A stretch of 64,000 nucleotides of DNA from Candidatus Limnocylindrales bacterium (GTDB lineage: Bacteria > Chloroflexota > Limnocylindria > Limnocylindrales > CSP1-4), in assembly GCA_038204565.1 (NCBI GenBank), contig JBBRCU010000014.1, positions 3,541 to 67,540 on the forward strand, given 5' to 3'. The notes under the pieces are model-generated. The model was not told the DNA's origin. It made no database searches and was given only the letters and a program-made list of their open reading frames with translations. Shown in pieces: positions 62,927-64,000 of the stretch. A program made the translations under genes and the position numbers. Positions within the stretch are counted from its first letter, which is position 1; each line of letters starts with the position of its first letter.

Positions 62927-64000
62927 ATGACCGACGAACAGCTCGACGCGATCGTCGACGGGGCACCCCAGCCCCCGATCGAGGACACCGGCGGCGGTGG
63001 GGCGCCGGGGACGGTTCGGACGGACCCGGTCGGCGGGCGGTCCGACCGTCCGGGACGGAGCCGGCCTCATCCGATCCGGGCGTTCCGATCCGGGATCCAG
63101 GGCGTCGCGGCGGTCGGAGTCAAGGAGCTCCGGGGCCGGGTCCGCGGCCGGCGCGCCTTCGTCGTGCTGACGTTCTACCTCCTGTTCCTCGGACTCTTCG
63201 CCTGGGCTTGGGAGCTTGTGGCAGAGCGGGCCTACATCGCGAACGCCTCGCTCCAGGGCGGCGCCGGCGCATTCGCCTCATCCCAGGTCGGTCAGGAGGT
63301 GTTCGGCGCCCTTGTCCTGGTCGAGACCCTGCTCGTCGTCTTCCTTGCGCCGGCCTTCACCTCCGGCGCGATCAGCCTCGAGCGCGAGAAGCAGACGCTC
63401 GACATGCTGACCGCCACCCCGATCTCGTCGCTCGCCATCGTCGTCGGCAAGCTCCTCAGCGCCCTTGCGTACGTGTTTCTCCTGATCGCGGCCTCGATCC
63501 CGCTGACCGCGATTGTCTTCGTGTTCGGCGGAGTGGCCCCCGATGACGTCCTCCGCGCCTACCTCGTCCTCATCGTGACCGCCCTCGGGCTCGGCTCGAT
63601 GGGCCTGTTCATCTCGGCGATCATGCAGCGGACCCAGGGCGCGACGGTCGTGACCTTCTTCACGGTCCTGTTCCTGACGCTCGGCACCCTGTTCGGCGTC
63701 CTGTTCTGGAACACGATGTCGGGTGTCAACAGCGGGACCGGGTTCGCCACAGGCTCGGGCGGCGTCGGGCCGATCAAGGGCCGCGCCCCCGAGGCGTTCC
63801 TGTGGTTCAACCCGTTCGCCGCGCAGTACGACGTGATCTGCGGCGCAACCGACAGCTACGGTGGCTGGTGCAGCCGGCTGAACACGATCACGAACGGGGC
63901 GATCACGGTCGGGGGTGCAACGGTCGGCGGTGGCGGCCTCTTCCCGACGACCCCGAGCCAGCCGGCCATCGGCGGGTCCGGCGGTGGCGGCGCTGCCCCG
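62927..64000 (+). CDS. ABC-2 family permease (partial; continues beyond the right edge)
   Basis: It is absent from the track because there is no stop in the window. The ATG at 62927 lies 1 nt after the ATPase stop. It has the TSGAISLEREKQTLDMLTATPIS hallmark and multiple TM helices. A Gly-rich extracytoplasmic tail begins near the edge. Confidence 0.8.
   Translation, partial: MTDEQLDAIVDGAPQPPIEDTGGGGAPGTVRTDPVGGRSDRPGRSRPHPIRAFRSGIQGVAAVGVKELRGRVRGRRAFVVLTFYLLFLGLFAWAWELVAERAYIANASLQGGAGAFASSQVGQEVFGALVLVETLLVVFLAPAFTSGAISLEREKQTLDMLTATPISSLAIVVGKLLSALAYVFLLIAASIPLTAIVFVFGGVAPDDVLRAYLVLIVTALGLGSMGLFISAIMQRTQGATVVTFFTVLFLTLGTLFGVLFWNTMSGVNSGTGFATGSGGVGPIKGRAPEAFLWFNPFAAQYDVICGATDSYGGWCSRLNTITNGAITVGGATVGGGGLFPTTPSQPAIGGSGGGGAAP

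Overview
This is a high-GC, gene-dense bacterial chromosomal segment with actinobacterial-style gene content, many 4-nt start/stop overlaps and likely leaderless genes. I support about 62 protein-coding genes, including two partial genes at the window edges and two probable pseudogenes. There are also 2 tRNAs, Arg-TCT and Glu-CTC. I saw no rRNA, CRISPR array, transposase, integrase or phage structural gene.

Many long ORFs in the six-frame track are antisense or out-of-frame shadows typical of high-GC DNA. I trimmed these or rejected them.

Functional blocks, left to right:
- **1-8.1 kb and 15-16.8 kb:** acyl-CoA metabolism. This includes an aldehyde dehydrogenase, two acyl-CoA dehydrogenases and 3-hydroxybutyryl-CoA dehydrogenase. 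It also includes a split isobutyryl-CoA-mutase-like enzyme with a MeaB chaperone.
- **8.6-14.9 kb:** folE, an HDAC-like amidohydrolase, a threonine dehydratase and ArsR-thioredoxin.
- **21.4-23.4 kb:** an ABC-2 exporter.
- **23.8-28.1 kb:** a methyltransferase/GNAT operon. It lies divergent from an ECF sigma factor that is translationally coupled to an MGMT plus Ada-zinc-finger fusion protein.
- **35.1-40.4 kb:** a BldC-like HTH gene, followed by an OmpR/HK two-component system, a DUF5666-like protein and an HtrA-like protease.
- **41.3-44.8 kb:** a USP, DsrE, TusA, DsrE, TusA, SQR sulfur-trafficking cluster.
- **48.5-54.3 kb:** a tRNA-proximal cluster of poorly characterised genes. It contains a protein with an LQxLAGNRAV leader, a GAF-GGDEF cyclase, an orphan DNA methyltransferase with permuted motif order and two small unknown proteins.
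- **54.6-56.8 kb:** a DUF1611/epimerase pair.
- **59.5-64 kb:** a second ABC-2 system with a very large auxiliary membrane protein.

The non-genic signals I consider most worth follow-up are:
- a 106-nt structured repeat present twice, with a related solitary hairpin elsewhere
- a 15-nt perfect inverted repeat with a third copy beside the BldC-like gene
- a 12-nt-periodic triple direct repeat
- several perfect in-frame tandem duplications
- two alpha/beta-hydrolase paralogs whose nucleophile serine is replaced by glycine

All family assignments come from motif recognition by eye. No database search was possible.
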